Assembly: GCF_006345805.1 (NCBI RefSeq)
Contig: NC_042999.1
Location: forward strand, 162,564,001-162,628,000
From: Octopus sinensis
Taxonomy: Eukaryota
Direction of reading: 5' to 3'
DNA length: 64,000 bases
The position numbers and the translations under genes are program-made. Each line of letters opens with the position of its first letter. Within the stretch, counting starts at the first letter, position 1. Below, piece after piece: positions 11,814 to 25,331 of the stretch. Under the pieces are notes generated by a model. The model worked only from the letters and a program-made list of their open reading frames with translations. It was not told where the DNA came from and made no database searches.

Positions 11814-12197
11814 TACTCTCTTTTACTCTTTTACTTGTTTCAGTCATTTGACTGCAGCCATGCTGGAGCACTGCCTTTAGTCGAGACAAATCAACCCCAG
11901 GACTTATTCTTTGTAAGCCCAGTACTTATTCTATCGCTCTCTTTTGCCGAACCGCTAAGTGATGGGGACATAAACACACCAGCATCGGTTGTCAAGCAAT
12001 GCTAGGGGGACAAACACAGACACACAAACACACACATATACATATATATATATATACATATATACGACAGGCTTCTTTCAGTTTCCGTCTACCAAATCCA
12101 CTCGCAAGGCACTTGCCCAAGATGCCACGCAGTGGGACTGAACCCGGAACCATGTGGCTGGTTAGCAAGCTACTTACCACACAGCCACTCCTGCGCC
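11814..12197 (-). mobile_element. tRNA-derived SINE family 1 copy (small internal deletion)
   Basis: Reverse complement of 47609-48010. Confidence 0.9.
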
Positions 12198-12239
12198 TTT
12201 AATTTAATTTTAAAAAAAAATATTTGAAAATATTATTTA

Positions 12240-14100
12240 CTTACCTCATTTATAAATTAATTCAGTTCTTCAATCTTTCTGGACAAATATATTTATCACA
12301 TTTTCATAGAAATCTCTCCTTTTTCAGCAATTGTTGTAATAAATCTTTTTCAATTGACATTAGTGCTAACCCAGACAGTCTTCTTTCTCCTGTCACATTC
12401 CTTTGGTACATTTTGATTCTAGTCAATGCAGAAAAGGATCACTCTACAGAAGCAGTGGTAGACGGAATTGTCAAAATCAACTTGCACAGATTGAAGAGTT
12501 CTGGCCTAGCTTCAACAAGATCTCTGCTGTTAATGTAACTCAGTAAATGACTTACACTTTGCTTTTTAAAATCTTTTATTGAATACATCACATTGAGCTC
12601 ACTTTGTAATCAAATTACATCAAAAAATCTGCCATAAGTGGTTTTTAAAGAATCTAAAGAATCCACAAGAAATTGTTTGCAATACTCATCAACTTTGTTG
12701 AAATTTAAAAGTTCCATGATTTTAAACTATTCTAAGGACGAATATTGTGTTTTTATTTGGTCAGCTATTGTACCAATAATTTTGTTATAAAGCATTCTAT
12801 AATGTCATTGGGGATCAATAGATAGATTCCTGGATCTCTGAATTCCGATTGCTGCATCGATTACATATTTTCCCCTAACATATAAAATATTGAAAAATTG
12901 TCAAGTTTGCTTTCGAACTCAGTTCAAGTTTTATCTGTTTGCTCTTTATAATACACTATGTCATGACTTTTACTCTGGAGGATGTTAAATAAGACATCAA
13001 TGAAAGAAAATATGTCAATGAATACTTCTAATAAAAGTAAGAAATCAGGAGCATTTAAAGTATGTAAGAATTCAATTGCTGAATTTATGGTGGTACCATC
13101 CTGTGCTTCAGGATTTTAAATGATGTCTTCAAAAAGACTGATTATGAAATTATACTTTTCTTTTGTGGTAATAATAAGACACGAGGAGTAGTTCCATCCA
13201 GTTGCTGCTGCTTTTGGAATTCTTTTTTTAACAATGTTATCTAATGCTTTAGCACTTTTTGGTGAGTTTGTAAAAAATGTACCCAGTCCATTTATTGTAG
13301 AAAAATATCTTGCATTCTTTTATAGCAGAGCATGATTGTGAAAGAACTTAATTTAGGATATGAACACAACAATGAATAAAGATTACACATTCACATTTCT
13401 TTACTTTTGACTGTAACCCATTTAATTGTCCTGCTATTGTAGCAGCACCATTATAGGTTTGTGCAATAAGTTTGTTTTTACATTTCCACATTTCAATGCA
13501 TTTAAAAACATGTTCAGATAAAGCATTTGCAAATCAATCTGCACTAACATCATTAAAACCGATAAATCGTTCTTTCACAACACAATCTTTCATAACATAA
13601 CGTAAGACAGTTGACAGTTGTGAATATGCCAATACATCAGATGTTTCATCAACAAGAATGGCAACAAATTTAGCCTGATTAAGTTGATTTTGTATTTCAT
13701 TCAACATAACCTTTTGAATTGCATCAATCAAGTCATTTTGAATTCTGTTTGAGAGACTGGAGAAGATCGAACTGTATCTAGAGGGCTTGCCAATTTTTTG
13801 TCATATTTACTGATTAAATATAAGAGTTCTTTATAATTTCCATGATTATTAGATTCTTCAGATTCAAAATGACCCCAAAATGATAATTCCTGACAAACTA
13901 AAAAAGACTACATTGATCAACCATTGCAGAATGGATCTGGTTTGTCTCACTTCCTCATTATGATGTTGTATGCTCTAATTTTTACATGCATCTAATTGTA
14001 ATTCTATGCAAATATTCTTCGAATGTTTTAAGATCCATCAAGGATTTTATATGCCACCAAAGCACCATCTTTGGAAGTATTGCAAAGTGACAAGAGTTTT
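12240..14100 (-). pseudogene. Decayed hAT-superfamily transposase (ZMYM1-like/DUF4371 region to hATC dimerisation domain)
   Basis: GNYKELL; NRIQNDLIDAI..VMLNEI...AKFVAILVDETSD...QLSTVLRYV....VKERFIGF (13534-13760); C-terminal LILTIPSTTASVE*SFSALTRIK (~12400-12490). No TIRs found. Confidence 0.85.
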
Positions 14101-15990
14101 CCCGAAAACAGTTGTATGGGAAATGTGCGTATGTTTTAGGGTTGGTGTTCTTGTAGAACTGGAATGTGTGCAGTGGTACTATATGTGTAGTGTTTTCAAG
14201 GTAGAGCCCAAAGGTGACATAAGCATTTGTGTGTTTGTTTGTGTGTCTTTTGTTTATGTTTTGGATAAAACTTTGGTTAAATTATTTGGGGCATTAATGT
14301 ATGCAGGGGTACTATATGTTTCTGGGTATATATTGGTGGAGTAGAAAAGGGTCTATTGGGTGGATGTTTATTGTGTCTGGGCATGTGTGTCTGTGAGCGC
14401 ATCTATGTATATTCTGATCAAACTCTTTGCTGGATTCCCAGGTATTTGTGGTGGGAGGGTCGAAATTGGGGGACTGACTGTTATAGTCATGATGGGTCAC
14501 ATAGGTGTCACATGTGGGCAAGGATTAAAAATTTCACTTCCACTGTTTAAGTTGATACCTGGGTACTGAGAGTTCTTTAATATCATTCTTTCTCAGCTAA
14601 CATAATCTGGACTTCCTGCTGTTATTGAGGTAAGCCTTACACTTCTCTAATATCCTCCGCTTTATACGGTGCTCTGTGGTGCTTTTTTTCAATGACCATA
14701 TGTATTTGGCCAGGGTTGTGGCATTTCATTTCTCTGGGATGCTGAAAGAGGACTTGTGATTGTTATAACCAATTCACTATGAAAATCAATTGCATTGATA
14801 TTTGGACATTTCTTCTTCTAAGAGAAAATGCACACAAAAAGAATTTTTAAAAAAAATTTCAGTCCCCAAAACTTTTAATTGTTGTTGTTGTTAGTGCGTT
14901 ACAACCCCTTCACCTGTATCTTTGAGTTTGTTCAATATATCCAACACCTTTATCTGCACCTTAAAACCAACTAACTTATATTTAACAAGGGATCCCTTTC
15001 CACTTTGATCTTTGAAAGTCACACAATAATATTTGTTTCTAGCATTGAGATCTGCTCTGCTGGACAGCTTCATCTGGGTACACACTCACCAGTTCCATAC
15101 ATGCCATAGCACATACTCGGCTAAGTCTCAGTTCACACACACTATAAAAAATATACCATTACCGTCCCGTTTTGTAGTCAAGCATCAGTCACTCACTCCA
15201 GCATCCTCCATTTTCAGGCCCAGTTGATTCATTAACAATAACATCATCCTGATCCAATAAAGAAACTACTACATAGTTATTTTATCTGCTAGAAATAGTA
15301 GCTATATTTCCTTCAAATTACACTTCACTGTCTTTTGGACAAAGTAATTGTGAGAGAAGGAGGGGATGGTCACAGCTTCAGTGGCTTTAATTTTGGGTCT
15401 ACTCAGTGATGTGACTAGAAGCTAAAGAGCAGCACCAATCATCATACATTCAGCAAACACAGCATTTGTTACATTATTTTGTGTCACTGGTCTCTCACTA
15501 GTTTTTGTGTCTTGTTTAGCTCCAGTACTGTTCTCATTAAACAGACTTTGAATTAAAAACAGTCCAGCCTTGACCACCCTACTGTGTTTTCAAATTCAGT
15601 GTATCTAGAACTGCATTATGCAGAGTGTCTTTTTTTAAAAAGATGACAGGGTGTGAGTTAGAAAAGATTTTGCTACTATAGCTGGCAGGTCAAGCAGCTA
15701 CATACAAGTTTCCTCATGAGCTCATGTTGTTAATCCAACATCAAACTCTTGTTCAACTAAAAGAGTGGGAAAATTTGATCAATGTTTTGATTTGTTTGAA
15801 CTCTAGCAAATTAAGTGGTAGGGCTATTATTTCAGGCAGAGGTGAATTCTAGTAACCAGAGTAAAATAATTCATGTGTATGAGCTGGGAGAGGAATTGGC
15901 AATCTCTACCAGAATGAGGCGCAGTTGAAATGAGATGACAATAAAGAGATATGAGCATTGGGTGGGAGTGAGGGCCAAATTTAAATACAA

Positions 15991-16051
<61 letters not shown>

Positions 16052-16054
<3 letters not shown>

Positions 16055-16607
16055 GCCCTGATGCAGTACCAGGGAGTGGCTCTCATGGCTTCTGATCTTA
16101 ACTGATTGGAAGTGTTATCATGTACATTGTTTTGTCTTGGTATAAAAGATGGGCTACAGCAAATATTCTGCTCAATACCACAGATTTGCTTGTCAGTTGT
16201 TTGACCTTAACCAGTTGAGCATGTCCCTTAGTGGCTGACGATATGTGCATCTCTGATCATGAGCAGAAGTAGTGGGGGAGCATCATAGCCATGTGTTGAG
16301 AAGGATTCTTTGGGGTTTGAATAATTCACCTCTGGAAACATGGGTGTTTCGTTCAACGTCCTTAAACAACCCTTATTCAGGGACCTTTTGAGCGGGATGG
16401 GTTACTCGATCTGAAGAAAATTCTAACTGGGCTCCACCTGCAAGGTCATGTGCTGTTTATCTTGATATGAGATCACCATGTCGCGCACATATGGTTGTGA
16501 TGCATGTGCTGGTGTGCCCTTATCAGACGGGTAGTCATGATGGGTATACTGGGCTTCGTATATTTTACCCCAGTGTCACTTTGATGGCATGCTCTGCTCG
16601 CTCACTC
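16052..16607. mobile_element. ~555-bp non-coding interspersed element of unknown class inside an (AAT)n tract
   Basis: Complex, GC-richer sequence with sharp borders, flanked by (AAT)n at 15991-16050 and from 16608. No ORF and no TIR seen. Confidence 0.5.
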
Positions 16608-16643
16608 AATAATAATAATAATAATAATATAATAATAATAATA

Positions 16644-16708
<65 letters not shown>

Positions 16709-16725
16709 AATAATAATAATAATAA

Positions 16726-17719
16726 AAAAAACTGTTCTCAGTATTTAAGGAAGCTGACAAATACAAACAAGAAGAAGAAGATGAAGAAACAACAAAAGCT
16801 ATAAAACAAATGAAATCCAAACTAAAAATAGAACAGCAACGAGCCATGATAAAACGATGGCAAGAAAAGCCCCTTCATGGTAAATACTGGACTAAACTAA
16901 ATGCAAAAGAAATAGACAAAGAAAAATCCCAGCAATGGTTGAGAAGCTCAGGACTCAAAGCAGAAACAGAGGGATTTTTAATTGCAGCACAAGACCAAAG
17001 CCTCCCCACCAGAAATTACCAAAAACATGTAATGAAAAGAAATATAACAAGTAACTGCAGAATATGTGGAGATGGACAAGAAACAATAAATCATATTATC
17101 TCTAGCTGCCCAGTCCTGGCTAAGAAGGAATATATTCACAGACATGACAGAGTTGGAACCTACATACATTGGAAGCTATGCCAACATTATGGAATAACAA
17201 CAGAAAAAAGATGGTATAGGCACACACCAGAAAAGGTCACAGAAAACGAGAAAGCAACCATACTCTGGGATATGCCGATACACACAAATAGAGAAATTAA
17301 GGCCAACAGGCCAGATATAGTTGTCAGAGATCATGAAGAAAAAAAATGCTTTCTAATTGATGTATCAATACCGGCAGATGACAACGTGTCTCTAAAAGAA
17401 ATGGAGAAACTCTCAAAATACAAAGACCTGGAAATAGAGGTAACCAGAATGTGGAATCTGAAAACAGAAACAATTCCTATCATAGTAGGTGCATTAGGCA
17501 TGATAAAAAAATATTCAGATAAATACATAACAAAAACACCAGGACTTACAAACACATATAACATACAGAAAATTGCACTACGAGGCACTGCACACATCCT
17601 ACGCAGAACACTTTCCATACAATAACCATCAGAGCATCACAACAAATCACAGCACATACCCAAGGCACACAGAGCTGCGCTCAGTAGTGAAGTGAAAGCA
17701 TGCTATAAAAATAAAACTA

Positions 17720-17722
<3 letters not shown>
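16726..17722 (+). mobile_element. 5'-truncated R4/Dong-like LINE with restriction-like endonuclease; ORF 16810-17625 open
   Basis: CRICGDGQETINHIISSC zinc knuckle, RHD motif, RPDIVV...LIDVSIP..D.NV..KE.EK..KY endonuclease. Short 3' UTR, then (AAT)n. Confidence 0.9.
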
Positions 17723-17752
<30 letters not shown>

Positions 17753-18077
17753 TGAACCATTTTCAGTAGAAACTGGCAATATTGATTATTTTGGTAGCTG
17801 CTGTTAAGACATTAGATGTGATTGGAGTATTCTAGGATTTCTAAAGAAGGGATTCTAAAGAGATCTTAAGGTCTGCTATGACATCTATTTGAAGTCATTT
17901 ACAAATAGCATTGACATTTCATTTAAAGTCAATGGGAGTACTTCAAAACCATCTTTCTTATCAAATGAAACATTCTGATTTAATTTTCTAAACTAGCCTG
18001 ATAGCATCATTGAATATTGATCTTGCTGGTGTCTCCCCTTGATATTATTCCAGCTAGTGAAGAAGCAAGTGTCTGTG

Positions 18078-18078
<1 letters not shown>

Positions 18079-18110
<32 letters not shown>

Positions 18111-18325
18111 TGTATGTATGTATGTATGTATGTATGTATGTGTATGTATGTATTATGTATGTATGTACGTATGTATGTACGTACGTATGTATGTATGTAA
18201 GTTTGTTTGCATATATGTTATGTATGTGTGTGCATATGCATGTACATACATACATATGTATGTATATATGTACATACATATGTACATATATGCATATGTA
18301 CATATATACATACATATGTATGTAT
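18079..18325. repeat. (ATGT)n compound microsatellite
   Basis: Read directly from the sequence. Confidence 0.9.
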
Positions 18326-18504
18326 TGAGTTTTGTATTTGTTTTGAAAATTCTTGAAATGAAAATATCATTATTTCTTGGGAGGGTCATTTTACAAATAA
18401 AAAGCACACACACTTGTTCTACTTCACTTCCTTTTTTTTTAATTATATCATTAATGTTATTTTCATATACACTCAACAGATCAGACTGTTAGAAAAGAAA
18501 AGAA

Positions 18505-20690
18505 TCCTAACATCAGGCTACAACAAGTAGCCTTAGCTACCAAGAACCCTCTTAAGTATCCTAGCTGTCCCTAATAACACTGTTTTCTGAAGCTATGCTT
18601 AACTGGTTTTTATGCCTATGTCCTCTATCCATCTGTTCAGATCTTTAGGGATAGTTCTCAATGCACCTATAACTACTGAGATAAATTTTACCAGCACTTT
18701 CCATAGTCTCTGTAATTCAATAACTAGGTCCTGGTTCTTTTCTATTTTTTCTATACTTCTCATATTAACTTTTTCACCGTTTGGGACTGTAAAGTCAATT
18801 ATCTGGCACTTTCTATTCTCTTTATCTACTACTGCTAAATAAGGCCTTCTAGCTTCTATTACTCAGTCAATCTGAATGTTAAAGTCCCATAACATCTTAT
18901 ATTTCTTACTATCTAGTACTTTACTAGGTTCATGTTCCTACCTCCAATCCTAGCTTTCTACATAACTCCCGGTGGATTACTCTCCCTAGGTTGTCAAGTC
19001 TTTTCTTGTATTCTTTCTCTGCCAGCATACTACTACATCCACTTACTATATAAGTAGCACTTTTCTCTTTTGATTTGCATAATCTACATTGGGAATCTAC
19101 TTGGTTTTTGTCTATCTTGGCTTTTATCTAATTAGTCCTTAATGCTTGATCCTGTGTAGCTACAAACAAACTTTCTGTCTCCCTCTTCAGCTTTCCTTTC
19201 TGCAACCATAACCAAATCTCATTACTACTATTTGCTGCAACTATCTTTGGGAATCTACCATGTAACGCCTTCTCCTGCCAGTTGGATAATTTCTATTCTT
19301 TTTTCTGGTTTTTAACTTTGTTTGAGTTTTTGGTTTCCCTATATCTTGTTGTGACTCTAGCGACTTTTAATAAACTTTCTTCACTATTATCTACATAGGA
19401 GTCTATATCTACTCTAGCTAACTCCATGCAGTTTTCTACTGATATTAACCCACTTCTGCCTTCCTATCAAGGTAAGTATAATCTTGCTACTCCTGCCCTT
19501 GGGTGGAGTCCTTTATTCATATTGAATTCCTTCCTAATATTTCTGTCAAAGCTTTTCTAATCCAATTTTTGTCCAATCTACAAAAGCCTCTCAGTATCTA
19601 AGTAATAATACTGCCCATGTATTTACAGCCTTCACTAGATTCAGACCATCTGGCTTTGACTTCATTAGCTTCTTTACCCTTCTGATGTACTCCTTCTCAA
19701 TTTTCGTTTTCATTTCTATAGTTAGTACTCTGTCAGATTCTAATACTCCTAGATACTTATAACTATCTCCTCCTTTCAATGATTTTAATGTCTGGCCAGC
19801 TGGTAACTGGATGCTTTCACTGTTGACTGCCTGTCCCCTTCTCATGACTAATATTGCACACTTATCTATGCCAAATTCCATGCCTTTATCTTTGCTGAAG
19901 AGTCTTTCAGTCTGTATTAAGGAATGTCTTTTTCATTCTTACTAAAAAGCTTCAGATTATCCATGTAGAGCAAATGGTTAATTTTTATCTTACTATTTCT
20001 GAACTGATACCGTGCTTTGCCTTCCTTAATACTAAACTGAGGGGGATCAAACATAAGTCAAATATCAAAAGAGACAGCAAGTCCCCCTGGAAAATTCCTC
20101 TTTCGATATTAACTTTCCCTAAGATCGTGTCACCTGAGTAGAGATCTACTTTCCATTTCTTCATGCTACAGCTAATTAATTCTCTTATGTTGTTTGCTAT
20201 ATTGAATATATTCAAACATGTCATAAGCTTTCCTATAATCTATTCATACTATTGTTAGATTTTTCTTTCTCACTTTTACTTCATTTGTCTTGTCTATATG
20301 TAATAGATCATGCAACCCTCTAGCCTTCTTCCTGCAACCTTTGTGTTCTTTTGGTAGTAAATTCTGGCTGTCAAAGTGCACATAAATGCTTTCTGAAAGC
20401 ATTTCTGTCAACAGCTTCCACACTAATGGTAAGCAAGGGATTGGTCTATAATTGCTAGCTGTATTACCCTTGTTTTTATCTTTCATAAGGAGTATTGTCC
20501 TCCCTCCAGTCATCCGATCCAGTATTATTCTCCATTAAGGCAATCCTGAAGTTGTTCCTTCAGCCTCCCGTGTGAACCACTGAATTTCATTTGCCAGTAC
20601 CCTTGAACTAAATCTGGTCCTGGGCTCTTCCAATTTGGCATTTTCCCTAAAACTTTATTCATTAATGCACTAGCTCTGGTTGCTTTACTA
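18505..20690 (-). mobile_element. Decayed R4/Dong-like LINE (RT to endonuclease)
   Basis: NYRPIPCL, RGIFQGD.LS.L.F, MEFGIDKCA, YKYLGVLE, and C-terminal CQIIDFTVP...VIGAL. Abuts (ATT)n at 20690-20800. Confidence 0.85.
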
Positions 20691-20735
20691 TTATTATCAT
20701 CATCATCATCATTATCATCATTATTATTATTATTA

Positions 20736-20801
<66 letters not shown>

Positions 20802-20802
20802 C

Positions 20803-21016
20803 AAGGCAGCAAGCTGGCAGAATCGTTAGCATGCCAGGCAAAATGCTTCGTGGTATTTCGCCTTTTGCTACATTCTGAGTTCAAATTCCACTGAGGTCGA
20901 CTTTGCTTTTCATCCTTTTGGGGTTGATAAATTAAGTGCCAATGAAACACTGGGGTCAATGAAATCGACTTGTCCCCTCCCCCAAAATTTCAGGCCTTGT
21001 GCCTTTAGTAGAAAGG
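20803..21016 (+). mobile_element. SINE family 2, full copy
   Basis: aaggcagcaagctggcagaatcgttagc (A-box-like), gagttcaaattcc (B-box-like), core gaggtcgactttgctttcatcc. Repeated at least 6 times in the window. Confidence 0.8.
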
Positions 21017-21534
21017 TTTATTATTCATCTATGAAGGTTGATGTAACTTTCACAAAGGTGTGATATGGTTTGTGATAATAGAGTTTGACTTTGCTTATTG
21101 AATTGAGCAATGTTTTAACAGTATACCAGTCTTCCTTTAGTTCAGAATTTAAAAAAATATGCAGAAATACAAAAATTCAAAGTTTGAACAGAATATTCTC
21201 TGTTCCTTTTTAGACAAAATGATATCAATATTTTTTTTGTAACTAGTAACAAGAGAAAAGAAAAAAAAATACAGATAAGCAAACACTTAGTCAAAAAGTG
21301 TTGTGTAAATGTGATCAAATTCTGTCATTTGTTTATTCCTCTAGAGGGTGACATTAGTAACTCACTAATATATTTATCCTCATATGTTTTGAAGAGTGGA
21401 ATTATAGTGGAATCAGAATATTTCCTGAGAGTGTGTATTTTCAAGTGTTTTTCAAATTAAAAGTCCCTCTCTCTCTCTCTCTCTCTCTTTCGGAGAGGCA
21501 CAAGCACCTACACGCACATATACACACACAGCAG

Positions 21535-21676
21535 TAACTTCCACCTACCGAATTCAATCACAAAGCTCCGGTCGGCTCGGGGCTATAGTGAAAGACACCT
21601 ACCCAAAGTGCCACGCAGCGGGACTGAACCCGAAACCATATAGCTAGGAAGCAAGCTCCCTAACCACACAGCCATG
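21535..21676 (-). mobile_element. 5' part of SINE family 1, diverged
   Basis: gtgccacgcagcgggactgaacccgaaacc...aaccacacagcca. Confidence 0.75.
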
Positions 21677-21859
21677 TCATTTGATGTAAAATATTCTGCA
21701 AGTTCAGTTGAACTACTGTTATTGTGCCTAACATCATACCTATGCTCATTGAATCTCATCTCATCTTATCTTCTTCTTCACCCACTTATTCCTGGGAGGG
21801 TCTTCTCAGAAGCAACCATCTGCAATTGATTGAGCTGGATCTTCAAGTCCAGCCAAGTC

Positions 21860-22510
21860 AAGATTGAGATATTCATCCTCTCAAAGAAGCCTGTGCAATG
21901 CATTCTACAAGGGAATTTCACCGAAGCAGGTGGAGAAGTTTAGGTATTTTGGGGCTGTTTTCATGAGAGATGGAAGGCAAGGGGCTACGAAAATTGCAGT
22001 TTCAGCATTCCATCTGAATCTTTACTACCCACAAGGAGCTAAACACAGAGGGGACAAACAAGGACAGACAAACGGATTAAGTTGATTACATCGACCCCCA
22101 GTGCGTAACTGGTACTTAATTTATCGACCCCGAAAGGATGAAAGGCAAAGTTGACCTCGGCGGAATTTGAACTCAGAACGCATTCCATCATCAGAAAACT
22201 CACTATCTTTAATTCAGTGTTTCATACTTATTCATCATGAATCTTGAGTAATGACCAAAAGAATATGATTGTGGATTCAAATGGCTGATATGGAGTTCCA
22301 GTAGAGGGGCTTTGAAGTAACATTACACTCAACAGAGTACATTGACCAGAAATCAGAGAGATACTCTAGGTAGAGCCACTACTTCTATAAATTGAGAGAT
22401 CAGAACTCCAATACTACAGATATGCATTAAGAATATTTGGGATAAGAATGGCTAGACAGGTTTTATGGGAAAAACTAAATGGCAGGAGACCCAGGGGTAG
22501 ATTACAAGCC
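21860..22510 (+). pseudogene. Old RTE-type LINE remnant, interrupted by a SINE family 2 copy at ~22019-22180 (-)
   Basis: KQVEKFRYFG.VF..DGRQ (RT thumb) and QVLWEKLNGRRPRGR (RTE C-terminus). Confidence 0.6.
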
Positions 22511-23114
22511 CATTAGATCATTTATTTAGTTTTCTGTTGTGCAAACAACATCAATTTGTGCTTGGTGCATTCCACTGCATATACTGAATTGGAATCCTTA
22601 AAGGTCCCACCTTAGTATAAATCATAACATTTCTGTTATAATTTGTGAGGGAATTGACTTGACTTGGGTTGTTGATTTGGTCTATCTTCTCTCTTTCCAA
22701 AAATATATTCCTCCCACCGTTCACTATTTTCCCCTCATTCTGGTCTAATGACCTTCCATATTTGTTTCCATTTGGTTTCCTTGTATATCTCCACTGTCAT
22801 GTTTTTGTTCCCAACTTTGACCCTCCATAAATCCTAAATTTTATTTCAGAATTAATGGAAGCAACTGTCTTTGAAGACTCATATTGCCGTTGAATGCTTG
22901 AAATGAGGAGAAGATAAACAGCTGATAACTAATGAAGGGTCTTTCTCTGTGTTTACTTGTCCTGTTCTCCATTTTCTCTTCATTGTTTATGTATTTAACC
23001 CGTTTGTTTATGTATTTCATGTTGTTTGAACTGTTAGCGATGTCCAATAACCGTATATGTATGTATATGTATATATATATATATATTATTTATTATTTAT
23101 TGTTTAATTGCACC

Positions 23115-23420
23115 ATCTGAACACCATCTGAGCGTGATCATTGCCAGAGCAGCTGACTGGCTTCCATGCCGGTGGCGTGCGATAAAATATTTGAGCGAGG
23201 TCATTGCCAGTACCGCTGAACTGGCTCCTGTGCAGGTGGCATGTAAAAAAAAGCACCCACTATACTCTCGGAGTGGTTGGCATTAGGAAGGGCATCCAGC
23301 TATAGAAACTTTGCTAGATCAAGATTGGAGCCTGGTGCAGCCATCTAGTTCGCTAGTCCTCAGTCAAATCGTCCAACCCATGCCAGCATGGAAATCGGAT
23401 GTTAAACGATGATGATGATG
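23115..23420 (+). mobile_element. RTE 3' UTR short copy
   Basis: Same terminal segment and (GAT)n tail as 54893-55065. Confidence 0.85.
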
Positions 23421-23502
23421 AACGTCACAGATCCATTTCTAAGTATGTGTGTATATATATACTGTGTTCCCAACACTCGGCATCCTAATTTAGGGGCCCT
23501 TA

Positions 23503-23583
<81 letters not shown>

Positions 23584-23626
23584 TACTATTTATTATTTAA
23601 TTGAATGCCACACGCCCATTTCTAAG

Positions 23627-23679
<53 letters not shown>

Positions 23680-23697
23680 TATTACATACATATAAGA

Positions 23698-23883
23698 GGG
23701 ATTACCACTATGTGGACACCCTAATACTAGAAGTAGATCCGCTATGGTCTTACCACTAAGAATTGTTCTCTAGAAAATTTAGCAAACACCAGAAATTGCT
23801 AAATTTTCTAGAGAACAATTCTTAGTGGTAAGACCATAGCGGATCTACTTCTAGCATTAGGGTGTCCACATAGTGGTAATCCC
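23698..23883. repeat. Near-perfect palindrome: 88-bp arms, 10-nt loop, 1 mismatch
   Basis: 23698-23785 is the reverse complement of 23796-23883. Confidence 0.95.
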
Positions 23884-24040
23884 TTTTGTAATATGTAATA
23901 CTATTTACTGAGCCTCAGCTTTTTAATATGCTAGACCACTGGTGTTAAATTGATGCTATTAAATTGATATCCAATTTTTCACCCTCATTTTAATTTTAAT
24001 TATATATATATATATATATATGTACTTTATATAACATGTA

Positions 24041-25331
24041 CGAGGGGCGTTCAATAAGTAATGCCTCTGACCCACTTGCCGTTGATTGATCTAGCTGAGA
24101 TTTTGCATGTGTAATTATTTATATCTCTATAGATTAAGTGGCAAATTACAGTTCCGAACTAATAGTGGTTTCTGATTTACATGTGTTTGAAATGAGTCAA
24201 GTGGGAAATGGAGCCTGTTGAGTGTCGAGAAGTGATCCGGTTTTCGTATTTAAAATGACGCACACCACAGGAGACTTTTAATGAAATGAAAATAACTTAT
24301 GGTGATGATGCCCCATCATATGACCTTGTAAAACGCTGGCATCGTGAATTCAAACATGGTCGGAACTCTGTGGAAACAGCTCCCAGATCTGGTCGCACCC
24401 CTTCTGCCATTGATGAGGCATCTGTCCGTCAAGTTGAGGCTGCCATTTTGGAAGATCGACGCATAACTATTCGCCAAATAGCCCATGAGGTCAAGATTAG
24501 TACCGGGTCTGTGGAAACTATCATTCATGACCATTTGCATATGCAAAAGGTGTCTGCCAGAGGGATTCCCAGGTTGCTCACACATTTCTGAAGCAAGAAC
24601 GCGTCGAGTGCTCGAGGATGAATTTAGGGATGTGCCAAGAAGATGAGTCAAAATTTTTCAAAAGACAGATTACACAGGATGAGACCTGGGTCCTTCACCT
24701 TGATCCAGAGACCAAAGCCCAGTCAATGCGGTGGAAACACCATGACTCACCTCCTCCAAAGAAGGCAAGGGTGCAGCCCTCCGCTGGCAAGGTCATGCTC
24801 ACAGTCTTCTGGGACCAGGACGGAGTAGTGATGACAGATTTCCTGGCAAAGGGTACCACAATTACAGGAGCCTATTATGCTTCACTTTTGAGGAAATTAA
24901 GAAAAGCTATCAAAACCAAGAGGCGGGGCAAGATCAGCAAAGGCATCCTCCTCCTGCAGGACAACGCTCCGGTCCACAACTCGCGTGTCGCCAGATCAGA
25001 AGCACAGGCGTGCTGCTATGAACACTTCCCCCATCCCCCTACTCTCCTGACCTTGCACCCTCTGATTTTCACCTCTTCCCAGCCATGAAGTTGTTTTTGA
25101 AAGGAAAGCGTTTCCCAGATGATGCAGCCTTGATTTCTGAAGTCACGTCGTGGTTGGAGGACCAAGCTGGGGTCTTCTATGAAAACGGTCTCCAGAGCTG
25201 TATCAAACGATGGGAGAAATGCGTAACTCTGGGTTGTTCCTATGCTGAAAAAGACTAATACCTGTGCCAAGTTTCGTTGCTCTACTGCTATGGGAAGTGG
25301 GTCAGGAGCATTACTTATTGAACGCCCCTCG
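24041..25331 (+). mobile_element. Full-length mariner (DD34D) transposon; transposase pseudogene 24208-25258
   Basis: TA-flanked TIRs CGAGGGGCGTTCAATAAGTAATGC (24 bp perfect, ~37 bp with 2 mismatches). Motifs ITQDETW, LLQDNAP.H, HP.YSPDLAPSDF. One stop and two frameshifts seen. Confidence 0.95.

Noticed and set aside
14891-15560. Moderately complex non-repeat DNA with short ORFs
   Set aside because: All frames examined have frequent stops and no family motif was recognised.
21342-21460. Acceptor followed by an open frame (GDISNSLIYLSSYVLKSG...)
   Set aside because: No convincing donor and no recognisable protein.
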